Source: an uncultured virus (IMG/VR IMGVR_UViG_3300021963_006795)
Lineage: Duplodnaviria; Heunggongvirae; Uroviricota; Caudoviricetes
DNA: 64,000 bases
IMG/VR virus record: IMGVR_UViG_3300021963_006795
Direction: 5' to 3' (one strand)
Shown one piece after another: positions 39,580 to 48,584 of this stretch. A program made the translations under genes and the position numbers. The first letter of the stretch is position 1. Each line of letters begins with the position of its first letter. A model generated the notes under the pieces. That model was not told the DNA's origin, did no database searches, and saw only the letters and a list, made by a program, of their open reading frames with translations.

Positions 39580-40716
39580 CTAATTTTCAGATTTACTATT
39601 ATTGTACACCATAACCTCAAGTTCTACAAGTTTTTTCATATAGTCTAAACTATATTTTGGACCATTGTATAATGTTGTTAATGGCGATTTTTTCATACTA
39701 TTAGAATGTTTATAATAATTATATTTTACCGATCCATATGCCTGACAACCATCATTGGCAACAGGATCAATGAAAATATTTAAATCAGGAAATTCTTTTT
39801 TTATTATCGAATTACCTAAAATATTTAGAGCACATCCTCCAGAGAAAACTAAATTTTTGCAGTCTGGTTTTAGTTCTACTGCTTGTTTAACTCTATACAG
39901 AAATACTTTTTCCAAATACTTTTGAACTTTAAATGCAAGATTTGCTTTCTTTTGAAAATTTAAATCTTTTAATTGTGGGTAATATTTATCGTTTAAGGTT
40001 CTGCTATAAAGTAATAAGTTTCTATTTGTATAAATTGTATCTTCAAAATTAAAGTTTGGTAGATCACTATCTTCTTCTCCATAAGAAGATAGTCCCATAG
40101 TTTTTCCTGGATTTTCTCTACCAAAACCCAAATACTTTGAAACTGTCCCGTAACAAACCCCAACATCAAATGAATGAATTAATTCATAGTTACTAGGAAT
40201 ATCTAATGTAATATCAGTTAAATCTTGTGGTTCAGAATAGTATAATGTTTTATGTAATAATTCAAAATTTGCCGGATAAGAAGCATAATAAATGCTAGTA
40301 GTTTCACTTGCATCTAATATTTCATGTTCTTCTGATAATGGAAAACTTGCTCCCCATCCATCAATAACTAAGCAAATAGCATCATCAAATCCAGACCCAT
40401 AAAATGCAGATGCTGCATGATACAAATGATGTTCTTTATGATCTACAAATACATCATCAATTTTTATTCCATCTTTTTTTAAAAAGTTTATACATATCTT
40501 AACTTCATGATCTCTTTCTGGATTTTGATTAATAAAAATTATATGATCTATAGTATTAGTATAAGATTTTATTAATTTTAAAAAAGAAAAAGGCATATCA
40601 GAATCTTTTTTTATTCTACTTATTCTTTCTTCTTGAACATATAATAAAACCTCTTCATCTTCTAAAATGCACAATGAAGAATCATGCTCTGCATTGGAGA
40701 TACAAACATTAATCAT
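39580..40716 (-). CDS. Carbamoyltransferase N-terminal (Kae1-like) half
   Basis: HDSS, EERISRIK, EHHLYHA, DGWG, GKTMGLSSYG, SGGCALN. Confidence 0.88.
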   Translation of the reverse strand: MINVCISNAEHDSSLCILEDEEVLLYVQEERISRIKKDSDMPFSFLKLIKSYTNTIDHIIFINQNPERDHEVKICINFLKKDGIKIDDVFVDHKEHHLYHAASAFYGSGFDDAICLVIDGWGASFPLSEEHEILDASETTSIYYASYPANFELLHKTLYYSEPQDLTDITLDIPSNYELIHSFDVGVCYGTVSKYLGFGRENPGKTMGLSSYGEEDSDLPNFNFEDTIYTNRNLLLYSRTLNDKYYPQLKDLNFQKKANLAFKVQKYLEKVFLYRVKQAVELKPDCKNLVFSGGCALNILGNSIIKKEFPDLNIFIDPVANDGCQAYGSVKYNYYKHSNSMKKSPLTTLYNGPKYSLDYMKKLVELEVMVYNNSKSEN

Positions 40717-41275
40717 TTTTTAATACAACCATTTTTAATTCTGGAAAATATACATAATCCATTTTAGATTTAGTAAGTGTCTTTATTGCATCACTTACAG
40801 TTTCAACTATAGGATCTCCCGCTACATTGAAAGATGTATTTAATAACATAGGTACTTTAGTTCTATCATAGAATTCATTTATTAAGTTATAGTAATTTAT
40901 ATTTTGTTTTTCATTTACAGTTTGAATTCTACAAGTGCCATCCACATGAACTATTGCTGGAACTTTGTCTTCTTTATTCTTTAAAATATTAAATGAAAAT
41001 GTCATAAAAGGTGAGGAAGAAATACCAAAAGTTTCAAACCATTGCGACACTTCTTCTTCCAAAATGCTGGCAGCAAATGGTCTAAAAGATTCTCTCATTT
41101 TTACTATATTTACAATATCTTTTCCATTAGGAACTCTTGGATCAAAAATTATAGATCTATTTCCAAGTGCTCTTGGACCACATTCAGATTGTCCTTGATA
41201 TATTGCACCAATTTTTTGTTCGATAATATAATTTACTATAATATCATCAGAGACATTTTCTAATATTTTAATCAT
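40709..41275 (-). CDS. Carbamoyltransferase C-terminal (YrdC-like) half
   Basis: GPRALGNRSI, RESFRPFA, HVDGTCRIQTV, LNTSFN. Confidence 0.9.
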   Translation of the reverse strand: MIKILENVSDDIIVNYIIEQKIGAIYQGQSECGPRALGNRSIIFDPRVPNGKDIVNIVKMRESFRPFAASILEEEVSQWFETFGISSSPFMTFSFNILKNKEDKVPAIVHVDGTCRIQTVNEKQNINYYNLINEFYDRTKVPMLLNTSFNVAGDPIVETVSDAIKTLTKSKMDYVYFPELKMVVLKND

Positions 41276-42490
41276 TCATCCAAGATATAGATTTTTAAGT
41301 GGTCTAACAGTCTTATCTTTCATAACACCATGATGAAACCATTTAGCGGCACCAATTGCTGTTCCAGCATCATGTGATATTGGATCAACAAAAAAGTTTA
41401 TATTGGGGAAATGTTCAAGATAATTATAATTATTTACACAGTTTAAGAAATAACCGCCAGATAATACAACATTCTTAGATCCAGAAATATCAATTGCTTT
41501 TTGAATAAGTCTTATAGTTTGTTTTTCAGTTTGTTCTTGAACTTTTTTAGCAATATTAGAATATTGATAAAAATCATAAGATGTTTTATCAAGTGTTTCC
41601 GGATTTATAAAAGGAGTTGTATCCAATGCACTAACTATATCTTCTATAAACTCTCCAGGTGCTGGTTCTGTTACCCAAATGTTATTAAAATTATAAAAGA
41701 ATTCTTCTTCAAGAATTTTTTCTTCTTTTTCAGGATCTCTTCTATCATAAACATGTCCTGGAATTTTGTAATCAACATTTCCATAAGAGGATAATCCCAT
41801 TACTTTACCAGCGGAATCATCTCCAGTATTAAAAAGGTAAGAAAGAATACTAAACAAATTTCCACAACTATTACTATGAGTATATACTTGCTCATAGGGT
41901 TTTGATTTATCTACCAAATATATTTCTTCAGAATTGGGATTTGGATCTAACAATCCATTATGTTTAAATAATGGTTGTATTCCATTATTATAAGAACATT
42001 TAAAAATAGTTTCTACTTCTCTAAATGGATATTCATACTTATCTTTAATATTATTATAATAAAAATCTTTATCATATGATCCTCCACCATCCATTACTAA
42101 AGCAACAGCATCTTCAAAACCGGAGGCATAAAATGCATTAGAGGCATGATATATGTGATGATTTTCATGATAGAAAATTTTAGTTTTATATTTTATTCCA
42201 CCTTCTTCAATCTTTTTTGATATGCATTTTATTATTTTTTCATCAAGTTCTTCTTGTCCATAAGATGAAAAAATAATGTAATCAATTTCATCAGTATATC
42301 TTTTGACAGTTTCTAAACAAGGAAAGTATGGAGTTACTATATCATGATCATTTATATCATTATAAAATTCTTGATATCCATAAAGTTTTTTTCTTGTTAA
42401 TCTTTCATCCTCCAAGAAAAATAAAATTTCACCATCTTTTAAAAGACAAGTTGAGGAATGGTGAGATATGTTTATACCTAAGATATACAT
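41276..42490 (-). CDS. Carbamoyltransferase N-terminal (Kae1-like) half
   Basis: ILGINISHHSS, ERLTRKK, HHIYHA, DGGG, GKVMGLSSYG, SGGYFLN, HDAGTAIG. Confidence 0.88.
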   Translation of the reverse strand: MYILGINISHHSSTCLLKDGEILFFLEDERLTRKKLYGYQEFYNDINDHDIVTPYFPCLETVKRYTDEIDYIIFSSYGQEELDEKIIKCISKKIEEGGIKYKTKIFYHENHHIYHASNAFYASGFEDAVALVMDGGGSYDKDFYYNNIKDKYEYPFREVETIFKCSYNNGIQPLFKHNGLLDPNPNSEEIYLVDKSKPYEQVYTHSNSCGNLFSILSYLFNTGDDSAGKVMGLSSYGNVDYKIPGHVYDRRDPEKEEKILEEEFFYNFNNIWVTEPAPGEFIEDIVSALDTTPFINPETLDKTSYDFYQYSNIAKKVQEQTEKQTIRLIQKAIDISGSKNVVLSGGYFLNCVNNYNYLEHFPNINFFVDPISHDAGTAIGAAKWFHHGVMKDKTVRPLKNLYLG

Positions 42491-43059
42491 TAATTATTCT
42501 CCGAAAATACTAATTTCCTTAATTCTGGAAGATACAAATATTCTATTTCAGATCTTTGTATTACATCTAAAGCATCTTTAACTGTTTCGACAATTGGTTC
42601 TCCCCCTAAATTGAAGGATGTATTACCAACAAAAGGAATTCCAGTGATATTTTTGAATGCTGAAATTAAACTATAATAATGATAATTTTGTTCTTTATTT
42701 ACAGTTTGTATCCTACATGTTTTATCTATATGTAAGATACATGAAAGTTGTTCTTTAAATTTATCATCTTTTACTTTAACTGCATATGACATGAAGGGAG
42801 TATTCTTTAATCCATTTGTTATAAAATAATGATCGAAATTTTCTTCCAAAATAGTACCTGCAACTGGTCTATACCACTCCCTACCTTTTATTTTGTTTAT
42901 ATAAAGATGTCCATTACGAAGTCTTGGATCAAATAGAATAGATCTATTGCCAAGTGCTCTTGGTCCTGCTTCAGATCTACCTTGAAAAATAGCAACAATA
43001 TTATTATTGGAAATTAATTTAGCAACAGTAAAGTAATCTACATCTTTAAATAATTTCAT
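42490..43059 (-). CDS. Carbamoyltransferase C-terminal (YrdC-like) half
   Basis: GRSEAGPRALGNRSI, REWYRP, HIDKTCRIQTV, NTSFN. Confidence 0.9.
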   Translation of the reverse strand: MKLFKDVDYFTVAKLISNNNIVAIFQGRSEAGPRALGNRSILFDPRLRNGHLYINKIKGREWYRPVAGTILEENFDHYFITNGLKNTPFMSYAVKVKDDKFKEQLSCILHIDKTCRIQTVNKEQNYHYYSLISAFKNITGIPFVGNTSFNLGGEPIVETVKDALDVIQRSEIEYLYLPELRKLVFSENN

Positions 43060-43084
43060 TTTTTCGATTTTTTATATTTAATAT

Positions 43085-43777
43085 TTATTCGATAATTAAT
43101 GATGGAGCATCTACACATTCTTCACAAATATTACTTCTTGTCCATCCTAAGGCAGAAGAAATTGTTGGGAACTGACAGACAAAGATACACTTTGCTTTTT
43201 CTGCAATATCCATATGTTCTTTTTGTGTTCCATTTCCACTACGAAGATCAATATAATGTATCCATGAACGTATAGATCCAGACATATAAAGACGAGTAGG
43301 AGTTGCTAGAGGTAATACAAACCTTGCACATTCTTTGGCAATTCCATCTTCCAACATTTTCTGATACAAATCCATTGAATGTTTAAAATGATCTTGCATC
43401 AAAATTTGATACTTCTGAATTATAAAAGGATCAACATCATTAATACTATTTTGACGATTCTTAGTGTCTTGACGACGGAGTTCAGGAACTGGAATTTCTT
43501 CTCCTAGAAGAGAAGAATCTGCATACCGTTGCGAAAATTCTTGATATGTAAATGATCTATGCCGAAGGATTTGAGCCGCTAGTCCACGAGTTGTATTAAT
43601 TTCAAGGGTCATAAATCCTTGTTCAAAAATACTCCAGTGTTGATTCTTAATGCAATATTTAATTAGACCTTCAAAACTATTACTTTCTTGATTATTGGGA
43701 TTGCTTACACGAGCACAATAAGCAATGTGCTTTTCTGCATCGGGAGTTACACTAATTAATTTAACTGATTGATTCAT
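43085..43777 (-). CDS. thyX: Flavin-dependent thymidylate synthase
   Basis: ARVSN, HWSIFE, RHRSFTYQEFSQRY, ECARFVLP; start set at MNQSV. Confidence 0.95.
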   Translation of the reverse strand: MNQSVKLISVTPDAEKHIAYCARVSNPNNQESNSFEGLIKYCIKNQHWSIFEQGFMTLEINTTRGLAAQILRHRSFTYQEFSQRYADSSLLGEEIPVPELRRQDTKNRQNSINDVDPFIIQKYQILMQDHFKHSMDLYQKMLEDGIAKECARFVLPLATPTRLYMSGSIRSWIHYIDLRSGNGTQKEHMDIAEKAKCIFVCQFPTISSALGWTRSNICEECVDAPSLIIE

Positions 43778-43778
43778 A

Positions 43779-43931
43779 TTAGTAGTCATTGGTTTCTTCA
43801 AAGATTTCGTCATAGTCTGTTATTGGAAAAGTTGTCTCTTCATAATCTATATCGGAATAAACTTCACTTTTAAGTTCTTTTAATATCTGTTCAAGGTTAT
43901 ATATAATCCTTGTTAATTTTTCTTTATCCAT
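43779..43931 (-). CDS. Small hypothetical protein (MDKEKL...)
   Basis: Acidic 50-aa ORF downstream of a promoter. Confidence 0.6.
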   Translation of the reverse strand: MDKEKLTRIIYNLEQILKELKSEVYSDIDYEETTFPITDYDEIFEETNDY

Positions 43932-43953
43932 TATTTTAGTGTGGAATACACAT

Positions 43954-43988
43954 ATTTTACACAAAAAAAAGGAGGATGTCAATCCTCC
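43954..43988 (-). terminator. Terminator with an embedded sigma70 promoter
   Basis: GGAGGA-TTGACA-TCCTCC-T8; loop TTGACA, 17 nt, then TAAAAT. Confidence 0.75.
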
Positions 43989-43995
43989 TTTAGAC

Positions 43996-44097
43996 TCAGG
44001 CAACTTGCGGTTGCTTTGCCATATTAATCTGTGCAAGGTGTAAAAGTTTTTCTTTTTTTGCTTTTCTTTTAAGATAACGGACGAAGTAAGTATTCAT
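43996..44097 (-). CDS. Small basic peptide (33 aa, MNTYFVRYLKRKAKKEKLL...)
   Basis: ATGA-coupled to the DUF4278-like gene; GGAGG RBS. Confidence 0.55.
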   Translation of the reverse strand: MNTYFVRYLKRKAKKEKLLHLAQINMAKQPQVA

Positions 44098-44252
44098 TTT
44101 GCTACCTCCTGATTATTACAGGGACGGTATGCTACTCCACGATAAACATTTTTAGCATGTGCTGGAGCATGTGTTTGGTTATACCAAGATACATACTCTT
44201 TTTTTGCATCTTCGGTGTCGTACTGACAACCTCTATAAACGACTTTAGACAT
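44094..44252 (-). CDS. DUF4278-like protein (52 aa)
   Basis: MSKVVYRGCQYDT...NVYRGVAY: two YRGxxY motifs; AAGGAG RBS. Confidence 0.75.
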   Translation of the reverse strand: MSKVVYRGCQYDTEDAKKEYVSWYNQTHAPAHAKNVYRGVAYRPCNNQEVAK

Positions 44253-44283
44253 TAGGGTTCTCCTTAATTTTGAGGCTAAAGAG

Positions 44284-44502
44284 CGTTCCTTCAGTCGGCT
44301 TTTGCGTCTACTTTACACTCTTTTGGGGAAATTTGTTTTATCTCCCATACTAAATCATTTCTGATTTGTCTTGAAATAGCAGGATGAGCATTTATTCTTG
44401 TAACAATTAATCGTGCTTGTAAACAAGTTAAAATGAGTGTTTCCATAGATGAACGATCCGTTCCGAGTCGGCTTACTTCCGTCTGGATTTCCAGATGAAC
44501 GT
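44284..44502 (-). ncRNA. Tandem glutamine riboswitch (glnA-motif-like) aptamers
   Basis: CGTTCATCTGG-aaat-CCAGACGGAAGTAAG..GGAACG followed by CGTTCATCTA..TAGACGC..CTGAAGGAACG; upstream of DUF4278-like gene. Confidence 0.75.
44291..44446 (-). CDS. 51-aa ORF nested inside the second aptamer
   Basis: METLILTCLQARLIVTRINAHPAISRQIRNDLVWEIKQISPKECKVDAKAD*. Confidence 0.6.
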   Translation of the reverse strand: METLILTCLQARLIVTRINAHPAISRQIRNDLVWEIKQISPKECKVDAKAD

Positions 44503-44508
44503 AAGGTC

Positions 44509-44560
44509 ATTATAGACCTATTGCCATATATATACAAGTCTTTTTGTAAAATATGATACA
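44509..44560 (-). promoter_or_regulatory. Promoter with NtcA box
   Basis: TGTA-N8-TACA at 44545-44560; TTGTAT-17 nt-TATAAT at 44537-44509. Confidence 0.65.
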
Positions 44561-44725
44561 ATTTTTTAATTATTTAATTTTCTTAGATAGTTTAAAATTT
44601 CATCTCTAATTTTCATAAGTTCATCAAAACATTGCTGTTCATAAGCATCATTCCTCAATTGAGGATCTGGTTTTATTACACTCTCTATGAAAAGACTAAG
44701 AGCCCTCTGTCTCTTTTCATCTACA

Positions 44726-45055
44726 CTAGTCACGCTGCCTCCAATCTTCTGGTTTTTCTTCTGTAAAAAAGTTGATAATATCATCAACACTATCAAATCT
44801 AGTTTTATGATTTGATGGATCTGGATCACCCAAATCTAATTGATTCATAAAATCATCTAAACTACCTTCTTCCATGTTTGGATTGGAAGCACGGCGTCTT
44901 GCCTGCCTTAGTATAGTAGAAGCAGAACGATTTGCTTTAGCAAGTTTTTCTGCCCAAATCATATCTTCTAAAGAAACTTCTTCATGACGAATAATTTTTT
45001 CACAAATTTCCTCTAATCGAAGACGATATTGTGTAGATAGCATATGCATCTCCAT
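44726..45055 (-). CDS. Hypothetical protein (MLSTQYRLRLE...)
   Basis: ORF with late-promoter-like ATAAATA upstream. Confidence 0.65.
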   Translation of the reverse strand: MEMHMLSTQYRLRLEEICEKIIRHEEVSLEDMIWAEKLAKANRSASTILRQARRRASNPNMEEGSLDDFMNQLDLGDPDPSNHKTRFDSVDDIINFFTEEKPEDWRQRD

Positions 45056-45186
45056 ATAAGTTTATTTATTGTTCATCAGTATCGTCTTCATAAGTAGATG
45101 GTTCTTCAAATAATTCTTCCATCTTTTTTTGTAAGACTCTTTCTTGCAATTCTTTCAAATCTTCTTCTGTTATGTCTATCATTTTA

Positions 45187-45513
45187 TCAACGATCGATAT
45201 AATTCAAAGTATGATCTTGAGCAAAAAGTTGATCAATAATCATGTCACATCCAATTTTAGGATTGCAATCTCCACAAGTATAAACATCTACAGCTGCTTT
45301 ACCTTCTTCTGGCCAAGTATGAATACTGATATGACTTTCAGATAAAAGGCAGATAACTGTCACCCCTTGAGGATCAAACTTTTTAAATATAGTTTGGATT
45401 ACTGTTGCTCCACTAGCAATTGCTGCATTTTCCAGTAAGTCTATAAGACATTTCTCATCGTTAAGAAGAACAAATGAGCATCCGTATAAATTTAAAAGAT
45501 AATGCTTTCCCAT
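45187..45513 (-). CDS. speD: S-adenosylmethionine decarboxylase proenzyme
   Basis: F.PQGVT, LSESHISIHTWPE, DVYTCG. Confidence 0.92.
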   Translation of the reverse strand: MGKHYLLNLYGCSFVLLNDEKCLIDLLENAAIASGATVIQTIFKKFDPQGVTVICLLSESHISIHTWPEEGKAAVDVYTCGDCNPKIGCDMIIDQLFAQDHTLNYIDR

Positions 45514-45701
45514 CAGTCATCGTCTCCATACTCTTCAAGTAAAGAGGATATTATTTCTTCATTTCCATCCATTGACTTTACTGTGAAGATAGAAGATTTT
45601 TGATATCTCTTTAATTTTTTATATACTTTTAAAAGTTTAGAAACCTCATCGGAATTAATTTCTACTTTTAATTTATTATCATTTCCAAATCCGCTACTCA
45701 T
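45513..45701 (-). CDS. Hypothetical protein
   Basis: Overlap-coupled 62-aa ORF. Confidence 0.55.
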   Translation of the reverse strand: MSSGFGNDNKLKVEINSDEVSKLLKVYKKLKRYQKSSIFTVKSMDGNEEIISSLLEEYGDDD

Positions 45702-46048
45702 CTTTTTTTCTTAGTTTCAGGTGGTTTATATCCCCAAAGTTTTGGGTTAGTTCTTCCATATCCAAAGTCAATTTTAAATAATTTCCCTGGACCGAATTTA
45801 TCATAATACATATCGAATATATTAACTTTCTTTCCTCTACATACATCTAAACACATTTTACCATTATAATCATAATAGTAAACATTATAGGCATCATTTG
45901 GAAGTGAAGGATCTTTAGATGTTTCTTCGCTTACATCTGAAAGAATTAATTGACATCCATATGTAGGAGGTAGTGATTGTTTTTCATTATTTGTCCACAT
46001 ATTTACTGATACCTCCTCAGAAACGGGAATCAAGATCTTCCTCCCCAA
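45698..46048 (-). CDS. Hypothetical protein
   Basis: ORF with C-terminal GYG.TNPKLWG; true start may be downstream. Confidence 0.6.
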   Translation of the reverse strand: MGRKILIPVSEEVSVNMWTNNEKQSLPPTYGCQLILSDVSEETSKDPSLPNDAYNVYYYDYNGKMCLDVCRGKKVNIFDMYYDKFGPGKLFKIDFGYGRTNPKLWGYKPPETKKKR

Positions 46049-46608
46049 ACAATATCGGGAAATGCAGATCTAACATTATCAAAAGATATGTTATATTTAT
46101 CAGTTAGTTTTTTATCCTTAACCAAAACAAGAATCTCTGCTTCTTTTGGATGAAGACCTTCTAAAATATTAATAAACATTAGTTCACGACGCATGGTTGA
46201 AAGACCATCATTCCCGCCTTTAACAAAATTATAAAACTTTGAGAATTCATTTCTGATAGAAGATTTCTGAGTTCTAATATCTTCTTCAACTCCATTATAT
46301 GCGATAGAGTCTTTTTTATTTCGGTTTGCAATCTTGTCGGATAAACTTCCCGAAGTTGAAGCATCCTCTTTTAAATTTCCATATGGAACATCTCCTTCAG
46401 GAAGCATTGAAATAACAGTATCATCAAAATTCCAAATTAAAATTCCCTTTAAGGCATCATTAGAATACTGTTGAAGTACTTCTACTTTTTTAGGATTAGT
46501 CCTTTGCTTTGATACTAGTTCTAGAATTTCAAACTGAAAACAATTTCTGTCTAGTTCAATCTTCTTCGTCGTCTTCTTCGTCGGTGTCTGTGTCATAGTA
46601 ATTTTCAA
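46030..46608 (-). CDS. Conserved T4-like hypothetical protein
   Basis: WNFDD...LPEG.VPY, RRE.MFI.ILEGLHP.EAE. Confidence 0.7.
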   Translation of the reverse strand: MKITMTQTPTKKTTKKIELDRNCFQFEILELVSKQRTNPKKVEVLQQYSNDALKGILIWNFDDTVISMLPEGDVPYGNLKEDASTSGSLSDKIANRNKKDSIAYNGVEEDIRTQKSSIRNEFSKFYNFVKGGNDGLSTMRRELMFINILEGLHPKEAEILVLVKDKKLTDKYNISFDNVRSAFPDIVWGGRS

Positions 46609-46789
46609 ATCGTACTGCTAAAATTTCATCTGGGATTACATTTCCATTTTCATCTAGCATCTCTGGATGAAGGTAGTTTGTAATGTCTCTTTTGTAAAAA
46701 TGCTCTTTGGCGAGCCAACCAATTACTGATCCTACGAAGAAAAACATAATAGAAACGAGTGTTCCTATTGTTAGTGTTACTGCGAGCAT
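46556..46789 (-). CDS. Small membrane protein with acidic tail
   Basis: N-terminal TM segment, HPEM.DENG, GGAGG RBS. Confidence 0.65.
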   Translation of the reverse strand: MLAVTLTIGTLVSIMFFFVGSVIGWLAKEHFYKRDITNYLHPEMLDENGNVIPDEILAVRFENYYDTDTDEEDDEED

Positions 46790-46977
46790 TGGATTCCTCC
46801 TTTTTATTTCTTTGCATGATCTTTTCAGAAATTAATTCAAGGTTTAAATAAAAAATTCTATTTGCTATAGAGATTTTCTTTTCATATTGAAATGATTTCT
46901 GATTTATAATCGGTTGATCTTTCCTCCCCTTTAATAACATTAATTCTAATCCGCGATCTATTTTTAGATCGTTGGAA

Positions 46978-47337
46978 CTATTTAGACTGTTTCTTTCGTC
47001 GTCCTGGTCTTTTATCATAATGATACTTTTTGGCGTCTGTTAAAATGCTACTCAAGTAATCTTTTATTTTTCTTGCTGTAGGTTTTGGAATGTGTCCATA
47101 TGCTTCTCTCAACTGTTTGTGCAAATTGTCAGAACCACCTTCTAGATATACATCTAAATCTGAAACAACAGATAAAATATTTTCGGCAGTAGAACTTTTA
47201 ATAAACTCTTCTACTTCAAGTCTTTTTATATCTTTTGTTTTTAGATAATCATAAAATTTTAAAACAAATTTTCCATTAAATGCAAAGTCAATTGACTTTT
47301 CCACATCGTTGCAAATTTCGCTGAGAGCTGTTTTCAT
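46978..47337 (-). CDS. Hypothetical protein
   Basis: 119-aa ORF coupled to glutaredoxin. Confidence 0.65.
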   Translation of the reverse strand: MKTALSEICNDVEKSIDFAFNGKFVLKFYDYLKTKDIKRLEVEEFIKSSTAENILSVVSDLDVYLEGGSDNLHKQLREAYGHIPKPTARKIKDYLSSILTDAKKYHYDKRPGRRKKQSK

Positions 47338-47576
47338 TAGACTAGATTTTTCTCCTGAAGATACCTAACAGTTTCTTGGCAACCACCAAGTTTTTCTGAA
47401 TCATTTAAAATTACTTGAGGAAATGTTGAACCATTTCCAAATTCTGCATAAAATTCTTCTCTAGTAAAATCTTTTCCAAGTTCATATATTACATGTTGGA
47501 ATTCACTTAATTGTAGCACCTGTTTGATTTTTTCGCAAAAGGGGCATCCTTCTCTAGAATAAATTGTAAATTTCAT
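47337..47576 (-). CDS. nrdC: Glutaredoxin
   Basis: CPFC, TFPQV, GGC. Confidence 0.9.
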   Translation of the reverse strand: MKFTIYSREGCPFCEKIKQVLQLSEFQHVIYELGKDFTREEFYAEFGNGSTFPQVILNDSEKLGGCQETVRYLQEKNLV

Positions 47577-47580
47577 AGCA

Positions 47581-47955
47581 TTAAATTAATTTATTAGTTC
47601 GTTTACCGTAAGTGTAAAGTTGTGGTTTTGCTGTCTCTCCAGCAGTCCATTCTTTAATTTTATTAAGTCTTTGTTGAGAAAAGAATGATTGTTTACGATA
47701 CCATTCTTCAACTGGAGTATGACCTTTAGATTGGTTACAATTTTTGCAACAGCAAACTGTATTTGTTGTAAAGTCACTTCCTCCTTTAGATTGTGGAACT
47801 ACATGATCTATTGTTAATTCTTCAGAAGATTCGCAATACGCACATTTGTAATCCCATTTTTCTTTTATAGTTTTTCTCCACAGTCTTTTTGCCTCAGAAG
47901 AAGTACATGTGTACATATGGTACAGGTACTCACTCGGAGAATTGTAGAGAACCAT
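47581..47955 (-). CDS. HNH endonuclease
   Basis: CAYC..TIDHVVPQSKGG..N..CCKNCNQSK. Confidence 0.88.
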   Translation of the reverse strand: MVLYNSPSEYLYHMYTCTSSEAKRLWRKTIKEKWDYKCAYCESSEELTIDHVVPQSKGGSDFTTNTVCCCKNCNQSKGHTPVEEWYRKQSFFSQQRLNKIKEWTAGETAKPQLYTYGKRTNKLI

Positions 47956-47982
47956 AAGGATTTTTATTGACTTTGATTTTAT

Positions 47983-48273
47983 TTAGTTAATTTTAACTGG
48001 ATAACCTTTTCCCTCAGGTAACCATACATCCTGTTGCATTTTAAGTTTTTCAGTAAAAGCAGGGAGTCCTAATTGACCTGGTAATTGTTTATCTGTTTCA
48101 GATGTAATATCAATTACTTGGTCTAGAATAATTTTTTTCTTTTCATAAAACCTCTTATCTGGATCAAATTCAAATAACATTCTCGCATCTTTTTCTTCCC
48201 CACAATTAGCAATAATTCTACCTGTGGTTTTATCTTTCACCACCCAATAATCATACATTCTTTTTTTTCTCAC
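47983..48273 (-). CDS. Hypothetical protein
   Basis: 96-aa ORF in operon orientation. Confidence 0.55.
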   Translation of the reverse strand: MRKKRMYDYWVVKDKTTGRIIANCGEEKDARMLFEFDPDKRFYEKKKIILDQVIDITSETDKQLPGQLGLPAFTEKLKMQQDVWLPEGKGYPVKIN

Positions 48274-48584
48274 CTTTAGTATTATAGTTTTCTTTTTTCA
48301 GTTTGTAAAGTTGGGGCCAAGTATCCCTAATAATTTCTGCCAACTTGTATGGAGTTTCAGAAGTAATCATTTTAAAATCTTTTGGGAGTGTAATCAATAC
48401 CATCTAGGAGTTCATCTAGCATTTCACCATATTCTTTAAATCTTCGATCTCCAGCAATAAAACATCTTTGACGCATCCAAAGAGCATCTGCAAGAAGTTT
48501 TATTTGGTCTTCCGAAAGTGATAGATTTTTCATAGTTTTAAATCAACTTTTTTATGTAGTTACTTTACAAAATATTTTTTTCAA

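Noticed and set aside
44355..44561. 68-aa ORF from the track spanning the promoter and aptamers
   Set aside because: Starts upstream of the predicted TSS inside the NtcA box; no RBS
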